NCBI GenBank assembly: GCA_944386725.1
Contig: CALXCE010000002.1
Coordinates: 5,305 to 69,304 of the forward strand
Source: an uncultured Clostridia bacterium
Lineage (GTDB): Bacteria; Bacillota; Clostridia; TANB77; CAG-508
DNA: 64,000 bases
Direction of reading: 5' to 3'
In this document: positions 52,601-63,059 of the stretch, piece after piece
Layout of the letters: each line of letters starts with the position of its first letter
Position numbering within the stretch: position 1 is the stretch's first letter
Translations under genes and position numbers: made by a program
The notes under the pieces: generated by a model
What the model was told of the DNA's origin: nothing
What the model saw: the letters and a program-made list of their open reading frames with translations, nothing else
The model's database searches: none

Positions 52601-52952
52601 TTACAATTTCTGCTTTCATTAATCTAGCTAATTCTTCAGAACTATCTAGATATTCGTCTACTCTACCTCCATTTTCTAGCATTGTATCCCATATTTCCTG
52701 TGTGGAAGTACCACTACTAAGAGTACCATCGCTGTTCACAGAAACACTTGTAGTGTATTGCGCTGCACCATAAGGCGTACTGCTCCAATCGTCTTCTTTA
52801 TAAGTACCATCATCTATAGTAAGAAAATATGTCACAGCTGCTAACAAAACTATAATAATTGCTATTATTAAAAAGACTGGAAGTAAAATACGTATAACAT
52901 GTTTAGCAACTTTTTTTGCTCTTCTTTTTACTGCCTCTTTTGTTTCCTCCAT
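49688..52952 (-). CDS. CwlT/TcpG-like bifunctional peptidoglycan hydrolase (lytic-transglycosylase-like plus NlpC/P60 domains) with an approximately 800-aa Ser/Thr-rich N-terminal extension, read through a +1 shift at in-frame CGG (plus 50421-50423)
   Basis: The 846-aa ORF ends ...AGAMGNIEVESGFNPESVEW-R-LF*. The +1 frame continues GYSESDIGAGVGLCGWTNANRG...GCPYVWGAEGPNTFDCGGFTMWCY (NlpC/P60 Cys). Skipping the C of tgg-CGG-tta joins the muramidase ES motif to the GLxQ motif. Confidence 0.6.
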
Positions 52953-52987
52953 ATATACACCTCGATTCTTGCTTCTTGTTTTTGTGA

Positions 52988-53944
52988 CTAAACACTTGCT
53001 TTAAATTCTATTTTTTCAGCTAATTGACCATCATATAATGATAATATTAAATTAGAAAAGACAATATATTCTATCTTTTTTGTAGATACATAAGAACTAT
53101 AAAATTTAATTGTTACTTCTTTGGTTTGCCCAGATGACACTGTTAGCATTGGTTCTGTTAGTTCATGGCTATAAGAAGAATATTGAACTTCTTTACTATC
53201 CTGTAAATATAAAGTTTTTGCATTTGTCCTACTATCCAATAGAATTGTACCTTCTGTATTATTCGTAACCCTTATAGTGTATTGTTCATAATCCATATAA
53301 GTATTTTTACTAACTACATTCATACTAATATTATCTTGTTGTGTCGTTTCATTAATTGATGTATAACCAATATAATTATTAATATTTAATTTATATCCGT
53401 CATCTACTTTAACTATCGTCATATAATCTTGTTTTGAATAGCCGTTACTACTCCTACCTGTTGCCAGTATGTCATCCATTATTTTTACTTTATAGGTATT
53501 ATTAACCCAGTTTTCTATACTACAATTTTTGCTCTTTCCAGCAAAAACATCATTATAATAAGCTTGCTCAAAAACTTCTAATGTAGTATACATTTGTGTT
53601 TTACATTCTTGTGTAAGCAAATCATAGGCTTGTTGTAATTCTTTATTATTACAATAAGAAATAAAATTATCAATAATAGTTGTATCATTTTGTAATTGAT
53701 TACTAGATACGCTGTTTCCCGTTACAACTGATTCATTTGTAGTTAACGTTGTTGTATTGGTATTTGTTCGCGCTGTTATATTATCACTTATGTTTACTGT
53801 CGATTTCTTTTCCATATTTATTTTATAAATATAATTCACTAATTGTAAAAAGATAAAAGCAGAGACTATAATTATTACAATCCCCCATATTTTTTTCCTG
53901 TTTTGATTATAGTATCGTCTTAGATTCATAATTATTTCCTCCAC
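52988..53944 (-). CDS. hypothetical bitopic membrane protein, 318 aa (conjugation module)
   Basis: N-terminal transmembrane segment, Thr/Asn-rich region; position between the hydrolase and VirB6-like genes. Confidence 0.4.
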   Translation of the reverse strand: MEEIIMNLRRYYNQNRKKIWGIVIIIVSAFIFLQLVNYIYKINMEKKSTVNISDNITARTNTNTTTLTTNESVVTGNSVSSNQLQNDTTIIDNFISYCNNKELQQAYDLLTQECKTQMYTTLEVFEQAYYNDVFAGKSKNCSIENWVNNTYKVKIMDDILATGRSSNGYSKQDYMTIVKVDDGYKLNINNYIGYTSINETTQQDNISMNVVSKNTYMDYEQYTIRVTNNTEGTILLDSRTNAKTLYLQDSKEVQYSSYSHELTEPMLTVSSGQTKEVTIKFYSSYVSTKKIEYIVFSNLILSLYDGQLAEKIEFKASV

Positions 53945-53959
53945 TTTTTATGTCATTTT

Positions 53960-56758
53960 TTAAAGACTTGATTTAATATTATTTAATTTGTCAATTTGGT
54001 TTAATCTATTTTTAGCAAATTTATCTTTATTCTTAACACCACTTTCCCCTGCTATTTCAGCTATTCTAGTTGTCCATTCATTTCTTGATTTTGTTGTCAT
54101 TTTAGTAGTGTCTTTTCCTATCATTGTTCCTAATTGAGATATGGCAACAGCTTGTTCGAAGTTTTCTACACCGCTCTTTTTGTCTCTAGACAACTCATGT
54201 ATTGCTGCTATTTCTTTTTTATCTGTGATACCTTCATTTAAGCAATATTCAATTTCTCCACCTTTTTTCAACATTTCTTTTGCTTCCGCTACCCCAAATG
54301 TTTGCTCAAAATAGTTTCGAAGAGCTGGGTCTTTTCGGTAATCTTTTACATAGTCATTCATCGCATCTTGTTTATATTCACCCTTATTATAGGTATTATT
54401 ATGAACTTCTTGTATTTTTTTATCTTGCATTGGTGATTTAATTCCTCCTACCATTCTAGAGCCTAACGTTGCTCCCGCTGCTGCTGAAGCTCCTCCTATT
54501 TTTACAACATCACTCAAATCTCCACCCGATGCTGCAATTGCTAAACCTGCTGCTCCTGCTGCAGTTCCTAACGCTGCTCCTGCCGCTAATTTTCCTGCCA
54601 TTCTAATAGGATGTACATTTGCAATTTTCCCCTTTAATTTCTTTGGAGTACTTCGTATTGCTGCTTTTTGCGCCGCCCAATTTGCGTGAAGTGTTCTTTT
54701 TACTCTTCTTCCCGCATTTTTTCCTGCACCAGCTATTTTATCTCTTATTCCCTGTCCTCTTGTTTGATTTTCTTCCTGTTCTATTCTTGGATTTGTTTCT
54801 CTTTCACGTTGTTCTGAATTTTCACCAGCTGTCATTTTTCTTATTTCATCTTCACTATATCCAGACCCTCTTAATATATCTGCATATTCTTGACTAGATG
54901 GATCCATTCCTTTGTCATTATTTCTATAGGCTTCTCTTGCTATAGCATCTCTTTCTTGCATGTCATACTCATTCGTATTATAGTTATCATCATAAGAATC
55001 TAACATTCTTTGCTGATTTGTTTGTTCTGTTTCATCAATGCTTTGCCTATCCGTTTGTTCTGTATTATTTGTGAATGCAGCAATTGGATTAGCTTCCCTA
55101 GGCATTGGTACTCTATCAGAATCTGAATCATCTCCACTGGAACCTCCATTCTTTCCGTCTCCTATTCCTTTTTTTGGTCCTTTATTAAGTAAATGACTTA
55201 ATGCTGAACCCGCTAGCATTGCTCCTGCTGGTCCTAATTCTGGAGGTGTATGAGCTTTTTCAAATCCAAATAAACTACGAAGCAATTTTTCTGCTGGTAT
55301 CATAAACCCAAGTGCAACAATACTGTATATAACATTTGTTGAAGCCAATTCAAAAGCTGAAGTTACTAGAATATAATATAATAATAAATGCATTGGTTGT
55401 ATTAATAAATTAAAAATATATTCTTTAAACCATTTATTAAACCCTTGTGCTTGTCCGTCATTCAATTTATCAATACAGTAAGTAAGTGCTACTAAAGGTG
55501 CTATTAACGTTAAGAAAGCCATATATAAAACCCTTTTCAAATAAACAATTGTAAAATATAGGGTAAATAAACAAAGTATTAAAAAGCATATACTTAGCCC
55601 CACATATTGTGCACCATATGATTCCATTTGTAATTGTAATCTTAAGCTACCCATCAAATTGGTTGGCCAGTATAAATACTCCTTTCCATCTCCACTATCT
55701 GTTTGAATAGTATCTGGCATATTAAGGTGATCAGCATCCACTGCTTCTTTTATTTTATCATTAGCCTCTATAACAACCATATAAGCATCTTCATTAACTG
55801 TTGTTTTTATAACATCTGTTAATTTTTCTGTCAAGGTAACTGAAAATGCCATAATATAATGCATTAAAAATAACAAACAGAGTCCTATAAACCAATCCTT
55901 TAACATGGTTAAATATTTTGCCTTATCAGACGCTACACTAGATAATAACATCCTGATACCTATATATACTAATACTGATAACATTAACACTAGACATATA
56001 TTTCTTAAGGCTTTATACCATGAACTAATTGTCTTTCTTAAAATAACTGCAGAATTTTGATTAGATGTTTTTACTTCATCGCCATTGTCATCTAAATAAT
56101 AATAATATTGTGCTCCCTCATGATTTTTATTTATGTCATCTTCAGCAAGAGCAGTACTATCATAATCACTCATTTTAATTCTTGTTCCATCTTTCGCCAA
56201 TGCATATATTTCTTTTCCCTCCGAAAAAAAATTCACGTCAAAAAATAGAATATTTCCTTTAAAAATTTCCTCAGCACTATAGGTATACATTGGTAGATAA
56301 AGATCATCTGGCAAGACTTCATTATTAAACCAAACTGCTGCAACGAGACCTGCTGTTATGCCAGCTATAACGGTTCCCATTCCAATAGTTACCGATGCGG
56401 TTATTCCTATTGCCGCTAAGGCAACGGCAGCAGCACCTGCTGTTAAAACAACCAGAGCAATTGCAGCAGCGGCAGCTACAATAAATACAAGAATAGTTCC
56501 TAGAATTTGCCACCAACTATCTTGCATATCTATTTGATATAATGTAGAGGAAGCCCCCATTATTGTTCTACCTATAATATCATTAATTCCATCTCCTATC
56601 CCCACTAATAGTGATAAGATTGGGCTCATTAATTTTCCTGCAAATTCTACTCCATCATTTGCGTGAACAGGTTTCATTATTACCGTTTGAAATAATAAAA
56701 CAATTAATAAAGCAATTACTATTTTTTTCCATATGTTTTTATTTGTAAAAATTTTCAT
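53960..56758 (-). CDS. VirB6/TcpH/ConG-like polytopic T4SS channel protein with a long Gly/Ala-rich C-terminal extension
   Basis: 932 aa with multiple transmembrane helices in the N-terminal 500 aa, downstream of the VirB4-like ATPase as in Tn916, ICEBs1 and pCW3 modules. Confidence 0.55.
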   Translation of the reverse strand: MKIFTNKNIWKKIVIALLIVLLFQTVIMKPVHANDGVEFAGKLMSPILSLLVGIGDGINDIIGRTIMGASSTLYQIDMQDSWWQILGTILVFIVAAAAAIALVVLTAGAAAVALAAIGITASVTIGMGTVIAGITAGLVAAVWFNNEVLPDDLYLPMYTYSAEEIFKGNILFFDVNFFSEGKEIYALAKDGTRIKMSDYDSTALAEDDINKNHEGAQYYYYLDDNGDEVKTSNQNSAVILRKTISSWYKALRNICLVLMLSVLVYIGIRMLLSSVASDKAKYLTMLKDWFIGLCLLFLMHYIMAFSVTLTEKLTDVIKTTVNEDAYMVVIEANDKIKEAVDADHLNMPDTIQTDSGDGKEYLYWPTNLMGSLRLQLQMESYGAQYVGLSICFLILCLFTLYFTIVYLKRVLYMAFLTLIAPLVALTYCIDKLNDGQAQGFNKWFKEYIFNLLIQPMHLLLYYILVTSAFELASTNVIYSIVALGFMIPAEKLLRSLFGFEKAHTPPELGPAGAMLAGSALSHLLNKGPKKGIGDGKNGGSSGDDSDSDRVPMPREANPIAAFTNNTEQTDRQSIDETEQTNQQRMLDSYDDNYNTNEYDMQERDAIAREAYRNNDKGMDPSSQEYADILRGSGYSEDEIRKMTAGENSEQRERETNPRIEQEENQTRGQGIRDKIAGAGKNAGRRVKRTLHANWAAQKAAIRSTPKKLKGKIANVHPIRMAGKLAAGAALGTAAGAAGLAIAASGGDLSDVVKIGGASAAAGATLGSRMVGGIKSPMQDKKIQEVHNNTYNKGEYKQDAMNDYVKDYRKDPALRNYFEQTFGVAEAKEMLKKGGEIEYCLNEGITDKKEIAAIHELSRDKKSGVENFEQAVAISQLGTMIGKDTTKMTTKSRNEWTTRIAEIAGESGVKNKDKFAKNRLNQIDKLNNIKSSL

Positions 56759-56778
56759 AAGGTATTAACCTCCTAAAT

Positions 56779-58737
56779 TTAGTTGCTTCTCTTCTTAGCT
56801 AGTTGATTTAAGTTTGTTTCTACAAACTCAAACTCCTTTTTCGTTGGTATAATTTTTAAAATGGCAGTATCTGCTCCAACTTTTAATAATCCTTCTCCTC
56901 TTTGGCAAGTTACTAAAAAGTTCGCTTCTCCTTCAGAAAGTTTAAACACTTCTTTCAAGTAGTTAATTTCTGATTTATCTTGTGCTAAAAATAATTTTGT
57001 ATCAGAAGATGTTAAAACTGCTTGTGCTTCTTGCTTTTCATAAAAATCTTGAAATCTTTGTGATATGATAGCAAGAGATACATTTCTTTTTCTGGCACGT
57101 CTTGCCATTTTATTTAAAAATTCTACAGCCTCTGGATAAGGAAGCAACATCCAAGCTTCATCCACTAATACTCTTTTTTTACTAGCTTTCGTTTTATCTT
57201 CACTATTTTTTTTAACAAATTTCTCCCAAATCCAAGAAAGCAATATTTGTTGTGCAAGTGGTCTAGCAAACCTCTCTTCTAATTGAGATATATCCAAATT
57301 AATAAAAGGTGCTCCATCTAAAAGGTCAAAGGTGGATTGTCCATCAAAATATGCCATTTGCCCATCATATTCTCTGATATATTGTTTCATAACTTTTAAT
57401 AAATAACTATAATGATATTGATAATCTGGATTTTTATTTTCTTGTGCTTTTCCTTGAATTCTTCTATACCAACTTCCTATGGTTGGCATATTTTTTTTAT
57501 GTTTTGTAAGTAAACTTCCTTTTGATACACTAGCATCATTTGTTTGATATAAACTATTTGGATTACTGGTAATACCAAGAGCAGCATATTCTTCTGCCAC
57601 TGCTTCTGCTATAATTTGCTTAGTTAGCTCGTTTACTTCTGTACTTCTTGTACTACCTTTTGCCATCGTAAGTAATCCTTGTGTAACGTCTTCTACTTTA
57701 TTTTCTATATTTAAAACAGTTCTTTCTTTTCCTGTTATTTCATCTTTTACTGTTTCTGTTTCTATATCAAATATATTGATAACTGTCTTAGAAGTAGGAC
57801 TAATAACTACATTGATACCACCTAAACTTTCTGCCACAATGGTATACTCTCCTTCTGCGTCTAATGCTAAACTTTCAATCCCCATAAGGACAGAAGATCT
57901 AGAAACTAAGGTCTTCATGGTAACAGATTTACCTGCACCAGATTTTGCAAATATAACCATATTATAATTGGTAAGAGAACTATGAAAATTATCAAAAAGA
58001 ATTGGTGTCCCTGTTTGCTTGTTAAAACCTAATGGTACACCAGAAGGATGTCCAATTTCCGAAGTAGTAAAAGGAAATACCGTTCCCATAGAATTTCTAT
58101 CAAAAGTATGTTTTTTCTGAACCTGATCATCCATCAATGGTAAATTAGATTGAAAAGCTTCTTCTTGAATTCCCCAAGCAGTTTTTATTCCTACCAATGT
58201 TTTAGACATTTCAGTCGCTAACATCTTTGAAAATCTATCCAAATCCTCTAAATTGTAAGCAAATAATGTAGAAACGATAGAAGCTTCATATAATTTATTA
58301 AATCCTGCTGCTATTTCATCTCTTAATTGCTCTGCTTCAAATCTCTTTTGAGCAATTGTACTCTCTCTATTGATATTTCCCTTATCCATTGCCACAATTC
58401 TTTCTGTTTCTAATTCATTAATAACTCTATTCAACTCATTTTGTGATCTTTCTTCTTTGATTGGATTGATGTAAATAGAGGTATTAATATCACCAAATAG
58501 ATACATATCCCTAAACAATTCTGGAAAGGTACACATTCTAGGAAGAGTAGAAACAAAGAAACTTCTTGCATATCTTTTTGTACTAGAAATAATTTCCAAG
58601 TAGTCAACATTTGATACATCCACACCAGATGGAGCAATTAAGTCTTTTATGGTTTGTCCTTGTAAGAAATTATCATTGTTTTCTTCATGATACCTTTTTC
58701 TTTCTTCTTCCTCTTGTTGCCTTTTGTTCTTTTTCAT
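56779..58737 (-). CDS. VirB4/TcpF/ConE-like T4SS ATPase
   Basis: Walker A KSGAGKS and Walker B VLVDEAW. Start set at the ATG preceded by AAAGGAGGAG; the track ORF starts 33 nt further upstream. Confidence 0.8.
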   Translation of the reverse strand: MKKNKRQQEEEERKRYHEENNDNFLQGQTIKDLIAPSGVDVSNVDYLEIISSTKRYARSFFVSTLPRMCTFPELFRDMYLFGDINTSIYINPIKEERSQNELNRVINELETERIVAMDKGNINRESTIAQKRFEAEQLRDEIAAGFNKLYEASIVSTLFAYNLEDLDRFSKMLATEMSKTLVGIKTAWGIQEEAFQSNLPLMDDQVQKKHTFDRNSMGTVFPFTTSEIGHPSGVPLGFNKQTGTPILFDNFHSSLTNYNMVIFAKSGAGKSVTMKTLVSRSSVLMGIESLALDAEGEYTIVAESLGGINVVISPTSKTVINIFDIETETVKDEITGKERTVLNIENKVEDVTQGLLTMAKGSTRSTEVNELTKQIIAEAVAEEYAALGITSNPNSLYQTNDASVSKGSLLTKHKKNMPTIGSWYRRIQGKAQENKNPDYQYHYSYLLKVMKQYIREYDGQMAYFDGQSTFDLLDGAPFINLDISQLEERFARPLAQQILLSWIWEKFVKKNSEDKTKASKKRVLVDEAWMLLPYPEAVEFLNKMARRARKRNVSLAIISQRFQDFYEKQEAQAVLTSSDTKLFLAQDKSEINYLKEVFKLSEGEANFLVTCQRGEGLLKVGADTAILKIIPTKKEFEFVETNLNQLAKKRSN

Positions 58738-59917
58738 TTTCCTCTCCTCCTTTTCCTTTGTCTTCTTCATCTATTTTGCTCTTAGCTTTCTTTGCTATTT
58801 CTGTTCCAACTAATTGTTCATTTTCATCAATGAGCATTTTGGCCATTTTGTTTATCAGAGATTGTAAATCTTGCTCTTTCTTTCTCACTTCTCGTTCTTT
58901 CTCAGTTTCCTCTGCTGCTTCCTCTAATTTTTCATTTGCTTTTCTGATAGCCTCTTCTTCTATCTTTTGATCTAATGCTTTTATTCTCTTATCTAATACA
59001 TCTTGTGCTGTCACATATAATTCATCAAACCTTGCATCTAAAGCCTTATCTAATTGATAAATATCTGCCTCATCTCTGTTGTACGCCATATATAATAGCT
59101 CTGCTAATTCATTTGAATTTAAAATTTTTCCATGAACTTCGCAAACTGCCAAAGAAGCTATAATTGATTGACATTTTGTATATAATTCATTAAATGCAAT
59201 ATCTCTTATTTCTGATTTTTGAATATCTGGATTGTTAATTTCTTCTGGTGTATAGGCCACTATAATATAATAATGCCTTCTTAAAATATTTTTATTTAAA
59301 TTCATTCTTTCTGTACTGTTAATAATGTCTTTTCCATATTCGTATAAGTTTTTTTCTTTTACTACTTCTATTTTTTCTTTCATAAGCTGCTCTTCTGTAT
59401 ATTGTTTTGAATTTACTTTAGTATTGTATTCCATTTGTTTACTAACTAACCTATTTTCTATTACCTTTAATCTATCTTTATACGTCGCAATACTACTACC
59501 TAAGTTAACCGTTCTAGTTTGTGTATAAATTTGTATAGGATGTTTTAATGTGTTTAAAAATTGTAAGAATCCTTGTTCAACACTGTTCTTTTCAACACCT
59601 GACATTAAATCATAATTAATTCCTTGACATTCAACAACCATTAAGAATTTTGTACCATTTTTTCTTACAATCATATCATCTTTTATTTCATCAAATTTCA
59701 TAAAAGAATAAATAGATTGTTTGCTGTATTCAACTTGTCCTTTTCCAGATTTCATTGTTTCTTTCTTTTGATCCAAAGAAATATTTTCTTCCCTAGGGTG
59801 TTTCTTTCTGTTTTCTTGCATTTTTAACACTATATATATAACAGAAAGCAAAAGCAAAATTCCAATCATTATAAATAAAACAGTGGTTAATAACGTGGTT
59901 ATTTGATCATTACTCAT
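58685..59917 (-). CDS. bitopic conjugation-module membrane protein, 410 aa (VirB8/ConB-like position)
   Basis: N-terminal transmembrane segment and Glu/Lys-rich C-terminus. Overlaps the VirB4 gene start by about 50 nt in another frame; the VirB4 gene has its own RBS, so this is not a fusion. Confidence 0.4.
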   Translation of the reverse strand: MSNDQITTLLTTVLFIMIGILLLLSVIYIVLKMQENRKKHPREENISLDQKKETMKSGKGQVEYSKQSIYSFMKFDEIKDDMIVRKNGTKFLMVVECQGINYDLMSGVEKNSVEQGFLQFLNTLKHPIQIYTQTRTVNLGSSIATYKDRLKVIENRLVSKQMEYNTKVNSKQYTEEQLMKEKIEVVKEKNLYEYGKDIINSTERMNLNKNILRRHYYIIVAYTPEEINNPDIQKSEIRDIAFNELYTKCQSIIASLAVCEVHGKILNSNELAELLYMAYNRDEADIYQLDKALDARFDELYVTAQDVLDKRIKALDQKIEEEAIRKANEKLEEAAEETEKEREVRKKEQDLQSLINKMAKMLIDENEQLVGTEIAKKAKSKIDEEDKGKGGEENEKEQKATRGRRKKKVS

Positions 59918-60257
59918 CTTTTGTTCCCTCCTTCATATATACATATATTCTATTTTTCTTTTGCTTAAATTTTATAGCTCTTTTGATAACATCATCTATA
60001 TTTTCTCCACCTGTTTTTTCTGTTATTTTAAATTTTTTTGAGTCTGGAATTTTAAAAGTACCAATGCAAAAACCAATCAATCCAAAAATTGCTGTTATAA
60101 TAATTCCTACTACAGTTAATCCAACTAAGTTAAATAAAAAGTAAAAGATTAAACCAATCCCTACCCCTATTGCTGTATACATTAAACCTTTCATAGAAAA
60201 AATATATAATATTCTACTTTCTCCTTTATAATTTCTTGGTATTTCATATATTTGCAT
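59910..60257 (-). CDS. TcpE/VirB3-like small two-helix membrane protein
   Basis: 115 aa with two adjacent hydrophobic helices, immediately upstream of the VirB4-side genes. Confidence 0.45.
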   Translation of the reverse strand: MQIYEIPRNYKGESRILYIFSMKGLMYTAIGVGIGLIFYFLFNLVGLTVVGIIITAIFGLIGFCIGTFKIPDSKKFKITEKTGGENIDDVIKRAIKFKQKKNRIYVYMKEGTKDE

Positions 60258-60517
60258 ACACTTTCCTCCTCTGTTTTGTAGTTGTCATAAACCTAATTCT
60301 AACTATTTTATATTATAACAAAAAAAGTAGATAATTGTAACTATTTGTACTATTTTTTTTTATTTTTAATATAATTGTAATATTTTATTAACAATACTGT
60401 AATATTTATGCATAAAAAAACTCCCTGATATTGTTACTTTATCATGGAAGTTTTTATGTTTATACTTTGAAATAAATAATTTTGCTTTTTGATTTGTTTC
60501 CTATTCTATTTCTTTCA

Positions 60518-60871
60518 TTATGGTGTTACTACAAAATTGTATACAATGTTTGCAATGGTAGATGCTGCAAATATGAATACGGCACCTACTAGATAAGGCA
60601 TTAAAGTTTTCTTGTATTCTGCTTTTTCCTCTGCACTACCCAACATATATTTAATACCTAAAACAGCTAATACAATTACTGATAAAATAATTCCTGCTGT
60701 AGTTATAGCACTTAAGATTTTACCTCCAAAACTCTGTATTTCAGGATCTGCATTTGTTGAAGTTGTTGAAATATCGCTTGGTGAAAGGGCTAATACATTT
60801 GTTGCTGTCATTAGCATCATCAGCATTACTAAAACCATTGCTAAAATTTTGACTATTTTTTTTGCCTTCAT
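60518..60871 (-). CDS. VirB2/TrbC-like pilin-family protein, paralog 4 of 4
   Basis: Long signal peptide, then two hydrophobic helices with the conserved KYM.GS.EE.AEYKKTLMPY..GAV.VF box shared by all four paralogs. Confidence 0.45.
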   Translation of the reverse strand: MKAKKIVKILAMVLVMLMMLMTATNVLALSPSDISTTSTNADPEIQSFGGKILSAITTAGIILSVIVLAVLGIKYMLGSAEEKAEYKKTLMPYLVGAVFIFAASTIANIVYNFVVTP

Positions 60872-60967
60872 ATTATTTCCTCCTTTACTAAGTAATTTTA
60901 TATTAACATCCTTACATAATTAAGGAACTTTAATAACAAATTTAATATTATTATAGCATATTCTTTC

Positions 60968-61306
60968 TTATTTGACAAATTGATATATAATTTCTGCTAT
61001 CGTGGATGCACCAAACACTAGTACCGCACCTATAAAATATGGCATTAAAGTTTTCTTATATTCTGCTCTTTCTTCCACACTTCCAATCATGTATTTTACT
61101 CCTAAAACAGCTACTACAATGGTAGATACTACAATACCTATTGTTGTAATGACTGACACTATATTTTTTCCAGTTGTCAATAAAGTACTAGTTCCTGTTT
61201 GATCTCCTGTCAAATCTCCAACACCAAATCCATAAGATATTGTTATGGAAAACGTCATTAAGATTATAAAAATCAATGATAATAATATTTTTATTACTTT
61301 CTTCAT
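60968..61306 (-). CDS. VirB2/TrbC-like pilin-family protein, paralog 3 of 4
   Basis: Same architecture and box: KYMIGSVEERAEYKKTLMPYFIGAVLVFGASTIA. Confidence 0.45.
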   Translation of the reverse strand: MKKVIKILLSLIFIILMTFSITISYGFGVGDLTGDQTGTSTLLTTGKNIVSVITTIGIVVSTIVVAVLGVKYMIGSVEERAEYKKTLMPYFIGAVLVFGASTIAEIIYQFVK

Positions 61307-61322
61307 CTTATGCCTCCTTATA

Positions 61323-61721
61323 TTACCACTTTGATAATATGGTTACTGCTAATTTCCAAATGCCAAAAGCTCCAAAAACAACTACACATCCTACCACATA
61401 TGGAAGCAATTGTTCTTTTATTTTTGCCTTTTCTTCAACTCCTGCCATCATAAATTGAATTCCTATTACCATTCCTATAACAACAGCCACTATAATAGCA
61501 ATTGCTAATAATAAATTATAAACAAACTTAGATGTGTCATCTAATTCACTCGTACTAACAACCGAACCAGTCCCTGCTCCTATAAAACCTTCTGCTCCGC
61601 TTATTACATCATCTACTGTATCAGTGGCATATACTTGCGTATAATTAACTGTATCTATACTAAAAGATAGAATAACTGTAAGTAATATTGCACATATTAT
61701 TTTTTTGGTCAAATTAATCAC
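61323..61721 (-). CDS. VirB2/TrbC-like pilin-family protein, paralog 2 of 4 (most divergent)
   Basis: Same architecture: FMMAGVEEKAKIKEQLLPYVVGCVVVFGAFGI. Confidence 0.4.
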   Translation of the reverse strand: MINLTKKIICAILLTVILSFSIDTVNYTQVYATDTVDDVISGAEGFIGAGTGSVVSTSELDDTSKFVYNLLLAIAIIVAVVIGMVIGIQFMMAGVEEKAKIKEQLLPYVVGCVVVFGAFGIWKLAVTILSKW

Positions 61722-61744
61722 CTTCTTTTAATATCATAACATTA

Positions 61745-62161
61745 TTAAAATAGTAAACCTGCCACTTTAATGATAATACCTAGTATATTTGTTATCCCAA
61801 ATACCAATACTGCTCCAATTATATAAGGTAGCATTGTTCTTTTATATTCCGCTCTTTCTTCTACACTTCCCACCATATATTTAATACCTATAACTGCCAG
61901 AACCGCAACCGACAGAACCATTCCTATCACTTGTACTATTCCTACTATAGTATTTCCTATGGTTTGTAGTTTAGTTGCACCGCTAGCATCAGTATTACTA
62001 TCTGGTTTATAGTAATCCGGATCAGTAATAGGGTCTCCAATCGTTATAGAAGTACCAGGAATAGTGTAGGCAAAAACTTGATTCGTCAAGGCAAGTACTA
62101 GTAATAAACTTATTAATATAATCCCTATTTTTTTTATAACTCTTACTTCGTTTCTTTTCAT
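61745..62161 (-). CDS. VirB2/TrbC-like pilin-family protein, paralog 1 of 4
   Basis: Same architecture: KYMVGSVEERAEYKRTMLPYIIGAVLVFGITNI. Confidence 0.45.
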   Translation of the reverse strand: MKRNEVRVIKKIGIILISLLLVLALTNQVFAYTIPGTSITIGDPITDPDYYKPDSNTDASGATKLQTIGNTIVGIVQVIGMVLSVAVLAVIGIKYMVGSVEERAEYKRTMLPYIIGAVLVFGITNILGIIIKVAGLLF

Positions 62162-62361
62162 TTCTTCCCATCTTTCTTATTTATCACTTATTATTATACA
62201 TTATTTTCTAATATTTTTCAAGTTTTGACAATAGGATTTAAAAAATTAACAAAAAAGTAATAAATCAGTAACACTTTTGTAATATTTATCAAAAATAATT
62301 GATTGACAAGTAACATTTATTTTAGTATATTAAAATAAATGTTAGAGGGGAGGAAAATGAA

Positions 62362-62613
62362 ATGGAAGAAAACAACAAAGCTGATGGTAAATCAATCGCT
62401 TCTTTTGTACTAGGTATTGTTGGAATTATTGCTTGGCTACTACCATTGTTTGGATATCCAGTAACAATCGTAGGTCTTGTTTTGGGATGTATAGCAAGAA
62501 AAGATAAAAAGAATGGATTTAATCTTGCTGGTATTATATTATCTGCTATAACACTTGCATTAACACTGGGAAATTCTATTTTGGGCGTAATTATGTATAG
62601 TCAATTGTATTAA
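62362..62613 (+). CDS. small two-helix membrane protein (83 aa)
   Basis: ORF with two transmembrane helices and an RBS (GGGGAGGAAAATG). Confidence 0.4.
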   Translation: MEENNKADGKSIASFVLGIVGIIAWLLPLFGYPVTIVGLVLGCIARKDKKNGFNLAGIILSAITLALTLGNSILGVIMYSQLY

Positions 62614-62665
62614 TTTTGAAAATCAAAAAATGCTAAAACTCTTAATTAAAGTTTTAGCATTTTTT

Positions 62666-62755
62666 TGGCGGAGATGAGAGGGTTCGAACCTCCGCGCCGT
62701 TTTCACGACCTAACTGTTTAGCAAACAGTCCCCTTCACCACTTGGGTACATCTCC
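62666..62755 (-). tRNA. tRNA-Ser (anticodon GCT), long variable arm
   Basis: Reverse complement is GGAGATG...anticodon loop TTGCTAA...GGTTCGAACCC...CATCTCC-G-CCA. Confidence 0.85.
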
Positions 62756-62805
62756 ATTTTTATAAATAAAAGTTAGACATAGATAGTATATCTAACTTTT
62801 TTATT

Positions 62806-62897
<92 letters not shown>

Positions 62898-63059
62898 ACA
62901 TCTCTAGACTAGTGTCTAGCGACAGTATTTATGTTAGCATTTTTCTAGATATTTGTCAATAGAATTTTTATTTAATTTGGGAATTTTTCTCCATAAATGA
63001 TTAAAATAGCAATTTTTATGCTTTTGTTTTTTAAAAAACTTTATAGCATAATTTCTTTT

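Noticed and set aside
58685-58770. Overlap between the 410-aa ORF and the VirB4 ORF, considered as a seventh frameshift fusion
   Set aside because: There is no CGG at the overlap, and the VirB4 gene has its own AAAGGAGGAG RBS and ATG at 58737. The upstream protein ends with a typical basic tail, so these are two separate overlapping genes.
62362-62613. Small 83-aa membrane protein next to the pilin paralogs, considered as a bacteriocin or holin
   Set aside because: No leader or double-glycine motif, no immunity or ABC-export context on that strand, and only generic two-helix topology.
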